Notes under the pieces: generated by a model
The model's input: the letters and a program-made list of their open reading frames with translations, nothing else
Told to the model about the DNA's origin: nothing
The model's database searches: none
Position numbers and translations under genes: made by a program
Part shown: positions 18,900 through 26,913 of the stretch, one piece after another
Numbering within the stretch: the stretch's first letter is position 1
Layout of the letters: each line of letters opens with the position of its first letter
NCBI RefSeq assembly: GCF_938039205.1
Contig: NZ_CALHVM010000056.1
Location: forward strand, 26,511-58,510
Source of the DNA: an uncultured Campylobacter sp.
GTDB taxonomy: Bacteria > Campylobacterota > Campylobacteria > Campylobacterales > Campylobacteraceae
Direction: 5' to 3'
DNA: 32,000 nt

Positions 18900-18928
18900 G
18901 TAGCTAAATTTAGTCCAAATTTAGCTAC
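18900..18928. repeat. Perfect 12-bp inverted repeat built around two AAATTT cores
   Basis: GTAGCTAAATTT-agtcc-AAATTTAGCTAC, read directly. Confidence 0.9.
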
Positions 18929-19027
18929 AAATTTCACCATAAAATTTAAAATAAAAACTGCCAATTTTAACACTCCCATATCCTTTCGTACTATAATTTC
19001 ATTATAAATCTATTTAAAGGAGGCGCT

Positions 19028-19734
19028 ATGAAAAAGCTACTTTTGAGTGCTGCGACGATCGGCATTTTGGTTGCTTTTGCTCAGGCAAATCCGTCTGCTG
19101 ACTACGGCGAAGCGTTAAAAGCTAAGGCGCAAGGCGATTACGCAAGCGCGACGGCGCTTTTTAAATCTGCTTGCTACGAGGGCGGCAACGACTAGGCAGG
19201 GAGGTAAAGCCTAGAAGGGTACTAAAAGCGCCTGAAAGACCAAAGGATAGCGAAGAGCTGGTAACTGCCGCAAAAGAGTGCCAATAGGGTAGCACCGAGC
19301 AGTGCAAAAAGGCTTTTGGTCTTTATCAAGAAAACCGCCACAGCGAGAAATTTAAAGCATCGTCAAAGGGCTGCGAACTAGGCAGTGCAGTGCTTTGCGA
19401 GGAGGCGGGTCTGGCATACGTGAGAGGTTACGGCGTCCAGCAGGATCAGGGTACTGCCGCTCAGTTTTTCTTAAAAGCTTGTAATGCCAATAACGCATCC
19501 GCGTGCGCACGAATAGGCGTCATGGCTAGAGATATGGGCAATGTCGATGCTGCGGCGGAGATACTGGAACAGGCATGTCAGTCGCTTCCGTGAGCTTGCA
19601 GGGACCTAGCGATGATATATCAAAACGACTCATATGACCGCAAAGACGAAGAAAAGGCGCGCGCTTTATATAAAAAGGCGTGCGACGGCGGAGATAATAT
19701 CGGCTGCGCCGGACTTCAGCAGATGGGCCAGTAA
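19028..19734 (+). pseudogene. Decayed Sel1-like-repeat cysteine-rich protein gene (Helicobacter Hcp-like family)
   Basis: An intact TATAAT (18992-18997), AAAGGAGG RBS and signal peptide (MKKLLLSAATIGILVAFAQA) are retained. The reading frame then breaks: TAG at 19193-19195, a frameshift between ~19165 and 19193, TAG at 19285-19287 and TGA at 19591-19593. Conceptual translation shows repeated C-X7-C pairs and SLR-like units (CELGSAVLCEEAGLAYVRGYGVQQDQGTAAQFFLKAC, CDGGDNIGCAGL). Confidence 0.7.
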
Positions 19735-19971
19735 GGTCATCTAAAGCAAAAGACTGCACAGAGGAATAAATTTGAAGCCGAATTTTATTGGCGCAGTCTT
19801 TGATTTCGTCGCGTTTACGGCGAATTTTGGCGGACTTGGTTTCGTCAAATTTGAGCTTATTTGACGGCGACAAATTTGACGCCTATAACTCGTTTTTTTA
19901 AATTTAGCGGCTTAGATTTTGATTTTTGCTTATTTTTTAGTAAAATGAGCGCTAAATTTAAAGGAGAAAAT

Positions 19972-20181
19972 ATGCCAAAAGACGCAAACGATACCGAACT
20001 AAACGCCGGAGATAACGTAACTTTGACCAAAGATCTAAAAGTAAAAGGCGCGGGCGCGACGCTAAAGCGCGGAACCATGGTGAAAAATATTAAAATCACG
20101 GACGACGACAAAGAAATCGAAGGCAAGATCGATAAAATGGGCGTTATAGTGCTAAAGACGGAGTTTTTAAAGAAGGCTTAA
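19972..20181 (+). CDS. PhnA/YjdM C-terminal-domain protein (69 aa, no zinc-ribbon N-domain)
   Basis: AAGGAG RBS. The sequence GDNVTLTKDLKVKGAGATLKRGTMVKNIKITDDDKEIEGKID..GVIVLKTEFLKKA closely resembles the C-terminal half of YjdM/PhnA. Confidence 0.75.
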   Translation: MPKDANDTELNAGDNVTLTKDLKVKGAGATLKRGTMVKNIKITDDDKEIEGKIDKMGVIVLKTEFLKKA

Positions 20182-20316
20182 TCTCGTCTATGAAAAACGT
20201 AAATTTGACGCAAGATCGTTAAATTTGCGTACCTACAAAACTTAGATATACGCGTATTTTTACGCATATTAAAAATCATAAGATCTAGCCCAAGCTATCC
20301 TTAAACACGAAAAAGC

Positions 20317-20322
20317 TATAAT
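20317..20322 (+). promoter_or_regulatory. -10 box (TATAAT) for rnpB
   Basis: TATAAT lies ~9 nt upstream of the predicted RNase P RNA 5' end. Confidence 0.45.
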
Positions 20323-20331
20323 CGCGCCCAA

Positions 20332-20649
20332 GGTATGGCAAGTGATTGCTTTTGCGTAGACAAAAGAGGAAAGTCCGAGCTGCAATAAGACGGAGTTCCA
20401 TCTAACGGATGGCTGGGGCGACCCAAGGGATAGTGTAACAGAAAGCAAACTGCCGCTTTGGCGGTAAAGGTGAAACGGCGGGGTAAGAGCCCACCAGCGC
20501 GGCGTGTAAGCGCGGCGGCTATATAAACCCAACTCGCAGCAAGAAGGGGTGGTTTTGAGTCTTATGTCAAACCCTTCGCTAGAGCCAAATTGTAAAATTT
20601 GGAGTAGATAAATAATCATTCACGACAGAACTCGGCTTATCGCCATGCC
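20332..20649 (+). ncRNA. rnpB: RNase P RNA (bacterial type A), M1 RNA
   Basis: The universally conserved P4 strands are present, GAGGAAAGTCCGAGC (20366-20380) and ACAGAACTCGGCTTA (3' end), with compensatory CCGAG/CTCGG pairing. Also present are GTGTAACAGAAAGCAAACTGCCG, GGTGAAACGGCGGGGTAAGAGCCCACCAG, and a P1 helix GGTATGGC/GCCATGCC closed by a T-run. Ends are accurate to within a few nt. Confidence 0.92.
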
Positions 20650-20888
20650 TTTTTACTACTTTTATTTCATCAAATTTAGCTAGCTTGGATTTTTTAAATT
20701 CGTGGGTTTGGTTGCGATAAACCGCTATCTGGACGGCGCGTTTTGCGAAGCTTGGCAAATTTAAGCTGAGGTTTGCGGCGAGCAGCAGAGTAAAATTTGA
20801 TCAAATTTGGCGAGGCGGAATCGGGTTTAAATTTGACGGCTACGGACAGGGTTTAAGTTTGAAACGGCGCAAGGCGCGTTTTTGGAGC

Positions 20889-21305
20889 CTAAATACTCCA
20901 AATTTCTAAAATTTGCGGGCACATAGTATTAACGGCTAGCTTAAATTTAGATTTTTGTTCGTCGTTTGGCTCGTTTATGGTTTCAAATTTTCCAAACATC
21001 TCGGCGACTTCAAGCCAGCCTGCCATATCCAGATTAAATTTAACCAAATTTGACGCGCAAAGATATCCCGCGTCGTGGTCGTAAAAAGCAACCTTGCCGT
21101 CATCTAAGCAGGCTAGCCAAAGATCGCCCGTGCCAGTATCTGCAAAGATATAAAACTCGCGCACTATCTCGCTCTCGCCCTCAAAAACAAAATTCGCTTC
21201 ATCGTTAAATTTGACTAGTTCGTGCTCCTTTAGCACTCTAAAGTCGCCCGCTATTTCCGCGCCGAGTCTATCTTTTAAAGCGTCCTTTATAGCGTTTTTC
21301 GTCAT
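20889..21305 (-). CDS. Hypothetical protein, 138 aa, tentatively SMI1/KNR4 (SUKH)-like
   Basis: The core FYIFADTGTGDLWLACLDDGKVAFYDHDAG....NL..F..DMAGWLE resembles the SUKH pattern (fa.dg.G..l.ld...g.V..wdHe......a.sf.e.l). Weak and not verifiable here. Confidence 0.4.
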   Translation of the reverse strand: MTKNAIKDALKDRLGAEIAGDFRVLKEHELVKFNDEANFVFEGESEIVREFYIFADTGTGDLWLACLDDGKVAFYDHDAGYLCASNLVKFNLDMAGWLEVAEMFGKFETINEPNDEQKSKFKLAVNTMCPQILEIWSI

Positions 21306-21376
21306 ATCTTTGCCTTTGTGGGATAAAATTTAGAAGGAAATTTGAGATAAAAAGCGCCGTAAATTTGAGAAATTAT

Positions 21377-21595
21377 TTACGACGCTATGTATTTTTTTAC
21401 GTTTTTTAGTTTTTCTAGCTCTTTGCCGAGCTCGGCTCTGTTTTTTTGTATCAAATTTATCGCTGCACCCAGAAGTTCCTGAGCTTGCAGGGCATCCTCT
21501 AGGCTGTCAAATTTACTAGGAGTCTCGTCCGCTAGTGCCGCGATAGTCTCCGCGTCATTGCTAGCGACGGCTATTTTTAGCTCATCCAGCCACAT
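21377..21595 (-). CDS. Small helical protein downstream of fliS (possible FliT-like chaperone), 72 aa from MWLDEL
   Basis: Positional evidence only: it overlaps the fliS 3' end by 14 nt and occupies the slot held by a FliT-like gene in Helicobacter/Campylobacter flaG-fliD-fliS operons. The start is uncertain (the ORF extends to 21634). Confidence 0.35.
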   Translation of the reverse strand: MWLDELKIAVASNDAETIAALADETPSKFDSLEDALQAQELLGAAINLIQKNRAELGKELEKLKNVKKYIAS

Positions 21596-21974
21596 CGGCT
21601 TGCCCCGCGCCAGTCGTCTCTTTCCATGCTTCAAGTAGCTGTTTGGTTACGCTCACGACCTCGTTTAGGCTCTGCTCGTCGTTGTTTATATTTGCCATCG
21701 ACAGCAGTTGGATCTGTCTCGTATAAAGTCCGCTTAGATAGTGCGCGACGCTACCTTGGTTGTAGTCTAATGAGTTTAGAAGCTCGATAAAGATGGCGTT
21801 CGTGCGGTTTATAAAATATACTTTTTTCTCCACGTCGTTATCTTGCATCGCTTTTCTAGCTCTAAAAATAAATCTCAAAACGCCCTCGTAAAGCATCTCG
21901 ATGAGCTTAGTAGGCGACTCGATGCCGCCTACCGCGTTTTGCGAATACGCCGCGTGTGCAGTGTTGTATTGCAT
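21582..21974 (-). CDS. fliS: Flagellar export chaperone FliS
   Basis: 130 aa. AYSQNAVGGIESPTKLIEMLYEGVLRF is the typical FliS N-terminal pattern. It lies immediately downstream of fliD. Confidence 0.85.
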   Translation of the reverse strand: MQYNTAHAAYSQNAVGGIESPTKLIEMLYEGVLRFIFRARKAMQDNDVEKKVYFINRTNAIFIELLNSLDYNQGSVAHYLSGLYTRQIQLLSMANINNDEQSLNEVVSVTKQLLEAWKETTGAGQADVAG

Positions 21975-21985
21975 AAATTTACCTT

Positions 21986-23719
21986 TTATTTCTTGTTATA
22001 TTCGGCTTCGATCATCGATTTCAGCGACGAAAATTCGCTATTTAACTTGCTGATGATCTTGTCATATGCCAAAAATCGCTCTTCCATCGTGGCGTATTTT
22101 GCATCGAGCGACTTTTGCGTCTTTTCTTTTTCGGCATCGAGCGTTTTTTTCTCCTCGATCAGGCTTTGTCCGTATTTGGTTAAAGAGCCGTTTTTTGAGT
22201 TGATTAGCCCATCTATAGTCTTTTTCGCCGAGGAAAAGATGCCGTTTACGGTCGTATTTTTCGGTGTTACGGTTGATTCGCTAAAGCCCACGGCGTTTAG
22301 CGCCGCTCCAGAACCCTTTATGCTTATTGCCGTACCGTTTGTAGTTTTTAGCGATATGCCGTCTTCGTTTGCGGTTAGCGTCGCTTGTACGCCCGATATT
22401 CCGGCATCGTTTATAGCTTTTAGCAGCGCTAGAGCGTTTTCTTTTGCCGAATTTGACGCAGGCGTAGCGGCTAAATTTATCTTTTTGCCGTTTATCACTA
22501 GATCATCGCCGCCGATAGTGAGCGCGCCGCTATCTACCGGTTTTGAGCTAAGAATCTGAGCCGTGCCGTAGGTAGTGCCGCCGGCAAATATCTTTTGGAC
22601 GCTTTGCAAATCCTCATCTAGTTTTTTGCTGAGTTTTGAGCTATCTAGCTCTAGCAAACCTTCTTTGTTTAGACTTAGACCGTAGTCGGCTAAATTTGCT
22701 GTCTTTGTTACGTTATCTTTCGTGTAGGTCTGATTGCCGAATAAAATTTTATTTAGCGTCGATTTTATCGTATTTATCTCACTCACGCCTTGGAAAGTGC
22801 CCGATTTTTTCGTGTCCGAATCATAATCGGTAGCGACTTTTAGGTTGTTTACGAGATTATTATACGCCGTCACCATGCTTTGCATGCTCTCTTTTATCGC
22901 GCTCGTGTCCTCTTTGACGCTAAAAGTCGTCTTGCCGGTATCTTTTAGTTTTATCGTCATTCCTAAATTTAGATCTTTTACCTCGTTGCCGCTTCGTTTT
23001 ATCGTAATGCCGTTGTAGACGAACTCGGCGTCTTGTGCCGTTGAGATTTTGTTGTTTGCGATATTTGCGCTATCCCAGCCTAATTTTTGCAAAACGTCGT
23101 CTGCACCGGTTAGGGCTGTGCCATCACTATCGACATTTGTTATCTCGACTTTATTTTCTGCACCGGTTTCTTTGGACTGCAATATAAGCTGATACGGATC
23201 TTCGCCGCCAACCTTCATCGCTTTTGCCGAGACGGCGCCGTTTGTGACCTCGTTGATCTTATCGGCTAGCTCTTCTAGCGTAGTGGAGTTTTTAACCTCG
23301 ATTTTATAGGTTTGGTCTCCGACTTTTATACCAAAGGTTCCGTTTTTGCCGATAAACGAGCTTGAGGTGCCAAATTTAGTACTTTGATAAACGTCTTTTT
23401 TGGCTAATTGCTTAACATCTATGTCGATATCTTGTACTGCGACGCCCGCACTCACGCTTATATCTGCGCTCTTTCCATCCGAACTAGTGGTTCTTTTTTG
23501 ATATGAGCTATCGTCTGCTAGAGTTGAAACTGAGGAGCGAAAAGTGCCTATTAGCGTTTTTAGAGCGGTCAGATCTTTTTGCTTTGTCGCATTTGCCGTG
23601 ATTTTAGCAGTTACGGGTTTTATCTGACCCGCTTCGTCGGCGGCTTTTAGCTTATCTATAACGTCTTGCGTTAAAACTTGGCTACCAAAGCCAAGCGAAG
23701 AAACTTTACCTAGTGCCAT
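21986..23719 (-). CDS. fliD: Flagellar filament capping protein FliD (hook-associated protein 2)
   Basis: 577 aa with an N-terminal GLGSG-like motif (SLGFGSQVLTQDVIDKLKAADE), Thr/Ser/Asn-rich central domains and a C-terminal coiled coil with the FliD_C pattern (RFLAYDKIISKLNS). Confidence 0.9.
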   Translation of the reverse strand: MALGKVSSLGFGSQVLTQDVIDKLKAADEAGQIKPVTAKITANATKQKDLTALKTLIGTFRSSVSTLADDSSYQKRTTSSDGKSADISVSAGVAVQDIDIDVKQLAKKDVYQSTKFGTSSSFIGKNGTFGIKVGDQTYKIEVKNSTTLEELADKINEVTNGAVSAKAMKVGGEDPYQLILQSKETGAENKVEITNVDSDGTALTGADDVLQKLGWDSANIANNKISTAQDAEFVYNGITIKRSGNEVKDLNLGMTIKLKDTGKTTFSVKEDTSAIKESMQSMVTAYNNLVNNLKVATDYDSDTKKSGTFQGVSEINTIKSTLNKILFGNQTYTKDNVTKTANLADYGLSLNKEGLLELDSSKLSKKLDEDLQSVQKIFAGGTTYGTAQILSSKPVDSGALTIGGDDLVINGKKINLAATPASNSAKENALALLKAINDAGISGVQATLTANEDGISLKTTNGTAISIKGSGAALNAVGFSESTVTPKNTTVNGIFSSAKKTIDGLINSKNGSLTKYGQSLIEEKKTLDAEKEKTQKSLDAKYATMEERFLAYDKIISKLNSEFSSLKSMIEAEYNKK

Positions 23720-23721
23720 TT

Positions 23722-24093
23722 TTAGCTCTCCTTGTCAAATAAAACTCCGACCGCCTCTCTAAAATATTCGCTTAGCTTCATTGCCTGTTCGGTCGGGATT
23801 TTGCGGATTACTTCGCCGGTTTTCATCTCCATGACGTTTACGTACATCGCGCCTATTTTGTCGTTGTAACCAAAACGTATGCTAGTGCCTAGATCTTCCA
23901 TTTGTTTATTTAGCTTTTCCGTGGCTTCTTTTACTTCTTTGCTTAGCGTTTCGTTGTTTTGCTCAGTTAGATTGCGCGTCGTATCTTGCTGGATCTGCGT
24001 CCTTTCGACCTCTCTGGTTTGCGTAGAGCTTTGTGCGTGCGAGCTTGTAGCTACGTTTGCCATCGGCTGGCTCGCTACTTTGAAAATTTCCAT
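23722..24093 (-). CDS. flaG: Flagellar protein FlaG
   Basis: 123 aa. The C-terminal FlaG motif is IRFGYNDKIGAMYVNVMEMKTGEVIRKIPTEQAMKL. Confidence 0.85.
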   Translation of the reverse strand: MEIFKVASQPMANVATSSHAQSSTQTREVERTQIQQDTTRNLTEQNNETLSKEVKEATEKLNKQMEDLGTSIRFGYNDKIGAMYVNVMEMKTGEVIRKIPTEQAMKLSEYFREAVGVLFDKES

Positions 24094-24123
24094 ATTTTCT
24101 CCTTTAAATATTTGCTAGCTTCT

Positions 24124-24150
24124 ATATCGTCAAATTTGTAAATTTTTTTA
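24124..24150 (-). promoter_or_regulatory. Sigma28 (FliA) promoter for flaG-fliD-fliS
   Basis: On the minus strand this reads TAAA-N15-GACGATAT, against the consensus TAAA-N15-GCCGATAA. The -10 lies ~30 nt upstream of the flaG ATG. Confidence 0.65.
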
Positions 24151-24240
24151 GCCCCGTTCGGGAAAATTTTTGCTTAATTTAAATTTTCGCATAAATTTGT
24201 TAAAATCCAGCCTAAATTAAGGCGAGAAAAAGGAGAATTT

Positions 24241-24618
24241 GTGAAAGTTTCGTTTGAATGCGACTGTATTTTGCTAGGAGAGTCGCTAAGGCTATTTTTG
24301 AGGGATTTTATCTCGCCTAGAAAAGATTGCGACTTTATCGTGGCGGACAAAAAGATAGAGACCAAAAAGCCCGTTTTCGTGATCGCCGAGCATTCGCCGC
24401 ATCTAAAAATCCCTTTTAGCAAAGAGGCCCTTATTTCTGCGCTTGAGGAGTTTTACTCGGCGATCCAGTTTTCAGAGCCCATTGCGCTCTCTCGCGCGAC
24501 CGCGACCGCAAAAGAAGAAGCCGCGCCGCAAAACGGTTCAAATTTGGAGACTGAGGTTTCAAATTTGATAGATAAATTTAAAGAAGAGCTACTTGCGATT
24601 CTAAGGAAAGCTCGTTGA
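24241..24618 (+). CDS. Hypothetical protein, 125 aa (GTG start)
   Basis: AAGGAG lies 5 nt upstream of the GTG. The stop overlaps the rsmD-like start (TTGA). No family recognised. Confidence 0.5.
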   Translation: MKVSFECDCILLGESLRLFLRDFISPRKDCDFIVADKKIETKKPVFVIAEHSPHLKIPFSKEALISALEEFYSAIQFSEPIALSRATATAKEEAAPQNGSNLETEVSNLIDKFKEELLAILRKAR

Positions 24619-25181
24619 AAAATCTCTACGCTACGATTTCAAGCGGCAAATTTAAAGGTAAAAAGCTGCTTTTGCCATCGCTTCAAACTACAAGAAGCAC
24701 AAAAAGCATCGTCAAAGGCTCATTTTTTGATTCGTTTCGCTACGAGCTAGCGGGTAAGGTTTTTATCGAGGCTTTCGGTGGTAGCGCGCTGATGGCCGCA
24801 GAAGCGCTAAGTAACGGCGCGGCAAAGGCCTATGCGGTAGAAATCGACAAAAACGCCTACAAGATCGCGTTACGAAACGCCAAGCTTATCGGCAACGAGC
24901 TTGAGGTCATAAACGGCGATACTTTTGATACTACGCCGGCTATCGTCGCGAGGCAAAATTTGCCCGTTATCTTGTATCTCGATCCGCCTTTTGATATCAG
25001 AGACGGATTTGCGGACGTTTATGAAAAGTGCGTAAATTTGGTGCTAAATTTGCCTAAAGATAAAATTTATCTGATCGCTTTTGAGCATGCTAGCCATATA
25101 AATTTACCCGAAAATATCGGGGCTTTTACGCTTTTAAAATCTAAAAAATTCGGAAATACCTCGCTTAGCTACTATTCTTAA
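24615..25181 (+). CDS. rsmD: 16S rRNA (guanine966-N2)-methyltransferase RsmD-like
   Basis: ISSGKFKGKKLLLPS N-terminus, the SAM-binding FGGSALMAAEALSNGA and the DPPF catalytic motif (LYLDPPFD). TTG start assumed. Confidence 0.75.
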   Translation: MKNLYATISSGKFKGKKLLLPSLQTTRSTKSIVKGSFFDSFRYELAGKVFIEAFGGSALMAAEALSNGAAKAYAVEIDKNAYKIALRNAKLIGNELEVINGDTFDTTPAIVARQNLPVILYLDPPFDIRDGFADVYEKCVNLVLNLPKDKIYLIAFEHASHINLPENIGAFTLLKSKKFGNTSLSYYS

Positions 25182-25197
25182 ATTCTTGCATCAAATT

Positions 25198-25213
25198 TGG
25201 AATGCTAATTGCT
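25198..25213 (+). promoter_or_regulatory. Sigma54 (RpoN) promoter for flgI
   Basis: TGGAAT-GCTAA-TTGCT has the GG(-24) and GC(-12) dinucleotides at the canonical 10-nt spacing. It lies 35 nt upstream of ATG 25248. Confidence 0.65.
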
Positions 25214-25247
25214 TTTAGTCCTTGAAAATACAAATTTAAGGACGAAA

Positions 25248-26309
25248 ATGAAACTAGCGGCATGCTTGCTGAGCCTTGCCATATCGACTTTTGCGGCGCA
25301 GATAAAAGACATCGCAAACGTCGTTGGCGTGAGGGAAAATCAGCTGATCGGATACGGTCTGGTCGTCGGTCTAAACGGCTCTGGCGACGGCAGTAGCTCT
25401 GAGTTTACGATCCAGTCTCTTTCAAATATGCTTCAAAGCGTGAACGTAAAAATCAAGCCAGACGACATCAAATCAAAAAATACCGCCGCGGTAATGGTTA
25501 TCGCAAAGCTGCCGCCGTTTGCTAGGCAGGGCGATAAGCTCGACGTCGTGATATCATCTATCGGCGATGCAAAGAGCCTTCAGGGCGGAACGCTTTTGAT
25601 GACTCCGCTTAAGGGCGTGGACGGCGACATTTACGCTCTAGCTCAGGGCTCGCTAACTATAGGCGGCAAAACCGCATCTCGCGGAGGCGGAAGTAAAGGC
25701 GGCAACCACGTAACCGCGGGCACGATCCCAAGCGGCGCAATCGTGGAGCGCGAGATCGCGTACGATATCTATAATCAAGAAGCGATATTTTTAAGCTTAA
25801 AAGAGTCGAATTTCGACACCGCTTCAAATATACAAAGAGTGGTAAATTTAAATATAGGCGGCGATAGCGCCGTAGCGGTTGACTCCAGAACGATCAGGAT
25901 CGCTAAGCCAAACGGAGTAAATATGGTTGATTTCGTAGCTAGGGTGTTAAATTTGGACGTGGATTATAAAGCGCTAGATAAGATCGTAATCGACGAGCGC
26001 ACCGGCACGATAGTAAGCGGCATAAATATCACCGTCGATCCCGTCGTCATCACGCACGGCGATATCACGATAAAGATAGAGCCTAGCTCATACGACGATA
26101 TGGCGGCAAATCAGCAAACAATCGATCTACAAGACGGCGCAGCGGTAGATCCGCTAACTAATATGCTAAAAATCAGCGGCGAAAAAACAACCGTAGCTAG
26201 CGTCGCAAGGGCGCTAAGCAAGATGGGCGCGACACCTAGCGATATCATCGCGATAATGGAAAATCTAAAACGCGTAGGCGCTATACACGTAAATTTGGAG
26301 ATAATATAA
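25248..26309 (+). CDS. flgI: Flagellar P-ring protein FlgI
   Basis: A signal peptide is followed by IKDIANVVGVRENQLIGYGLVVGLNGSGDG, the canonical mature N-terminus of FlgI. ATG 25248 is preferred over TTG 25209. Confidence 0.9.
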   Translation: MKLAACLLSLAISTFAAQIKDIANVVGVRENQLIGYGLVVGLNGSGDGSSSEFTIQSLSNMLQSVNVKIKPDDIKSKNTAAVMVIAKLPPFARQGDKLDVVISSIGDAKSLQGGTLLMTPLKGVDGDIYALAQGSLTIGGKTASRGGGSKGGNHVTAGTIPSGAIVEREIAYDIYNQEAIFLSLKESNFDTASNIQRVVNLNIGGDSAVAVDSRTIRIAKPNGVNMVDFVARVLNLDVDYKALDKIVIDERTGTIVSGINITVDPVVITHGDITIKIEPSSYDDMAANQQTIDLQDGAAVDPLTNMLKISGEKTTVASVARALSKMGATPSDIIAIMENLKRVGAIHVNLEII

Positions 26310-26620
26310 TGTTAAACGTAGACAGTTCGGCGGCTTTAAGCTCGTATAATAAATTTGCCACTAGTTCAATCGAAAATAGGCGCGCAAATAAGCCTCAGAG
26401 CGAGCAAGATGCGCTTTTAAAAGAGCAAACCGACGCTTTTGAGGCGTTTTTAGTTAAAAGCGTGCTGGATATCGCGCTAAAAGACGAAAATCCGTTATTC
26501 GGTAAAGACGCCGGTGACGAGATCTATCACTCGATGTATAACGATACGATGAGCAAGGCTCTGAGCGGAAATTTAGGCTTTAGTGAACTTTTATTCAATT
26601 ATTTGAAAGAAAGGGCTTAA
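26309..26620 (+). CDS. flgJ: Rod-binding protein (FlgJ N-terminal-domain only, no muramidase domain)
   Basis: 103 aa. FEAFLVKSVL......LFG.......Y.SMY...MSKALS...GFS fits the rod-binding domain. TAATG overlap with flgI. Confidence 0.7.
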   Translation: MLNVDSSAALSSYNKFATSSIENRRANKPQSEQDALLKEQTDAFEAFLVKSVLDIALKDENPLFGKDAGDEIYHSMYNDTMSKALSGNLGFSELLFNYLKERA

Positions 26621-26643
26621 GAAAAATCAAAATTTGCCGATTT
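26617..26643 (+). promoter_or_regulatory. Possible internal sigma28 promoter for flgM
   Basis: TTAA-N15-GCCGATTT lies ~30 nt upstream of the flgM ATG. The -35 is imperfect. Confidence 0.4.
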
Positions 26644-26673
26644 AGTTTCTAACAAATCTAAAAAGGCTTTAAA

Positions 26674-26877
26674 ATGATAGGAACTTTGGGAGCTAAACTG
26701 GGCATGAGCCCGCAGCAAATCACTCGCTCAAACGACGTAAAAAAGAGCGAAAACATGGAAAAAACACAAGGCAAAGAAGAAAGCAAGGTTGCAAAGATAG
26801 CCGAGCAGATCGCAAACGGAACATATAAACTAGATATGTCCAAGACTGCAAAAGCCATTGCCGATACGCTTTTATAA
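26674..26877 (+). CDS. flgM: Anti-sigma-28 factor FlgM
   Basis: 67 aa. The C-terminal motif KIAEQIANGTYKLDMSKTAKAIADTLL is typical of FlgM (I..G.Y.vD...iA..l). Confidence 0.75.
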   Translation: MIGTLGAKLGMSPQQITRSNDVKKSENMEKTQGKEESKVAKIAEQIANGTYKLDMSKTAKAIADTLL

Positions 26878-26880
26878 GAT

Positions 26881-26913
26881 TTTTTGTCCTTGCGTAAAAA
26901 GAAAGGACAAAAA
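26881..26913 (+). promoter_or_regulatory. Perfect 11-bp hairpin occluding the flgN RBS and start codon
   Basis: TTTTTGTCCTT (26881-26891), an 11-nt loop, then AAGGACAAAAA (26903-26913). The last A is the A of ATG 26913. Confidence 0.6.

Noticed and set aside
19526-20126. Minus-strand ORFs 19526-19873 and 19857-20126, and the long form of the plus-strand ORF starting at 19861
   Set aside because: The first is antisense to the Hcp-like pseudogene and its spacer. The second is antisense to the phnA-like gene. The phnA-like CDS is better explained as starting at ATG 19972, behind an AAGGAG RBS.
20269-20619. 116-aa minus-strand ORF
   Set aside because: It lies entirely within the plus-strand RNase P RNA gene, whose conserved P4 and other motifs explain the sequence.
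21843-22559. 238-aa plus-strand ORF
   Set aside because: It lies antisense within fliS and fliD. The low-complexity Phe/Ser-rich translation mirrors the Lys/Glu/Thr-rich fliD frame.
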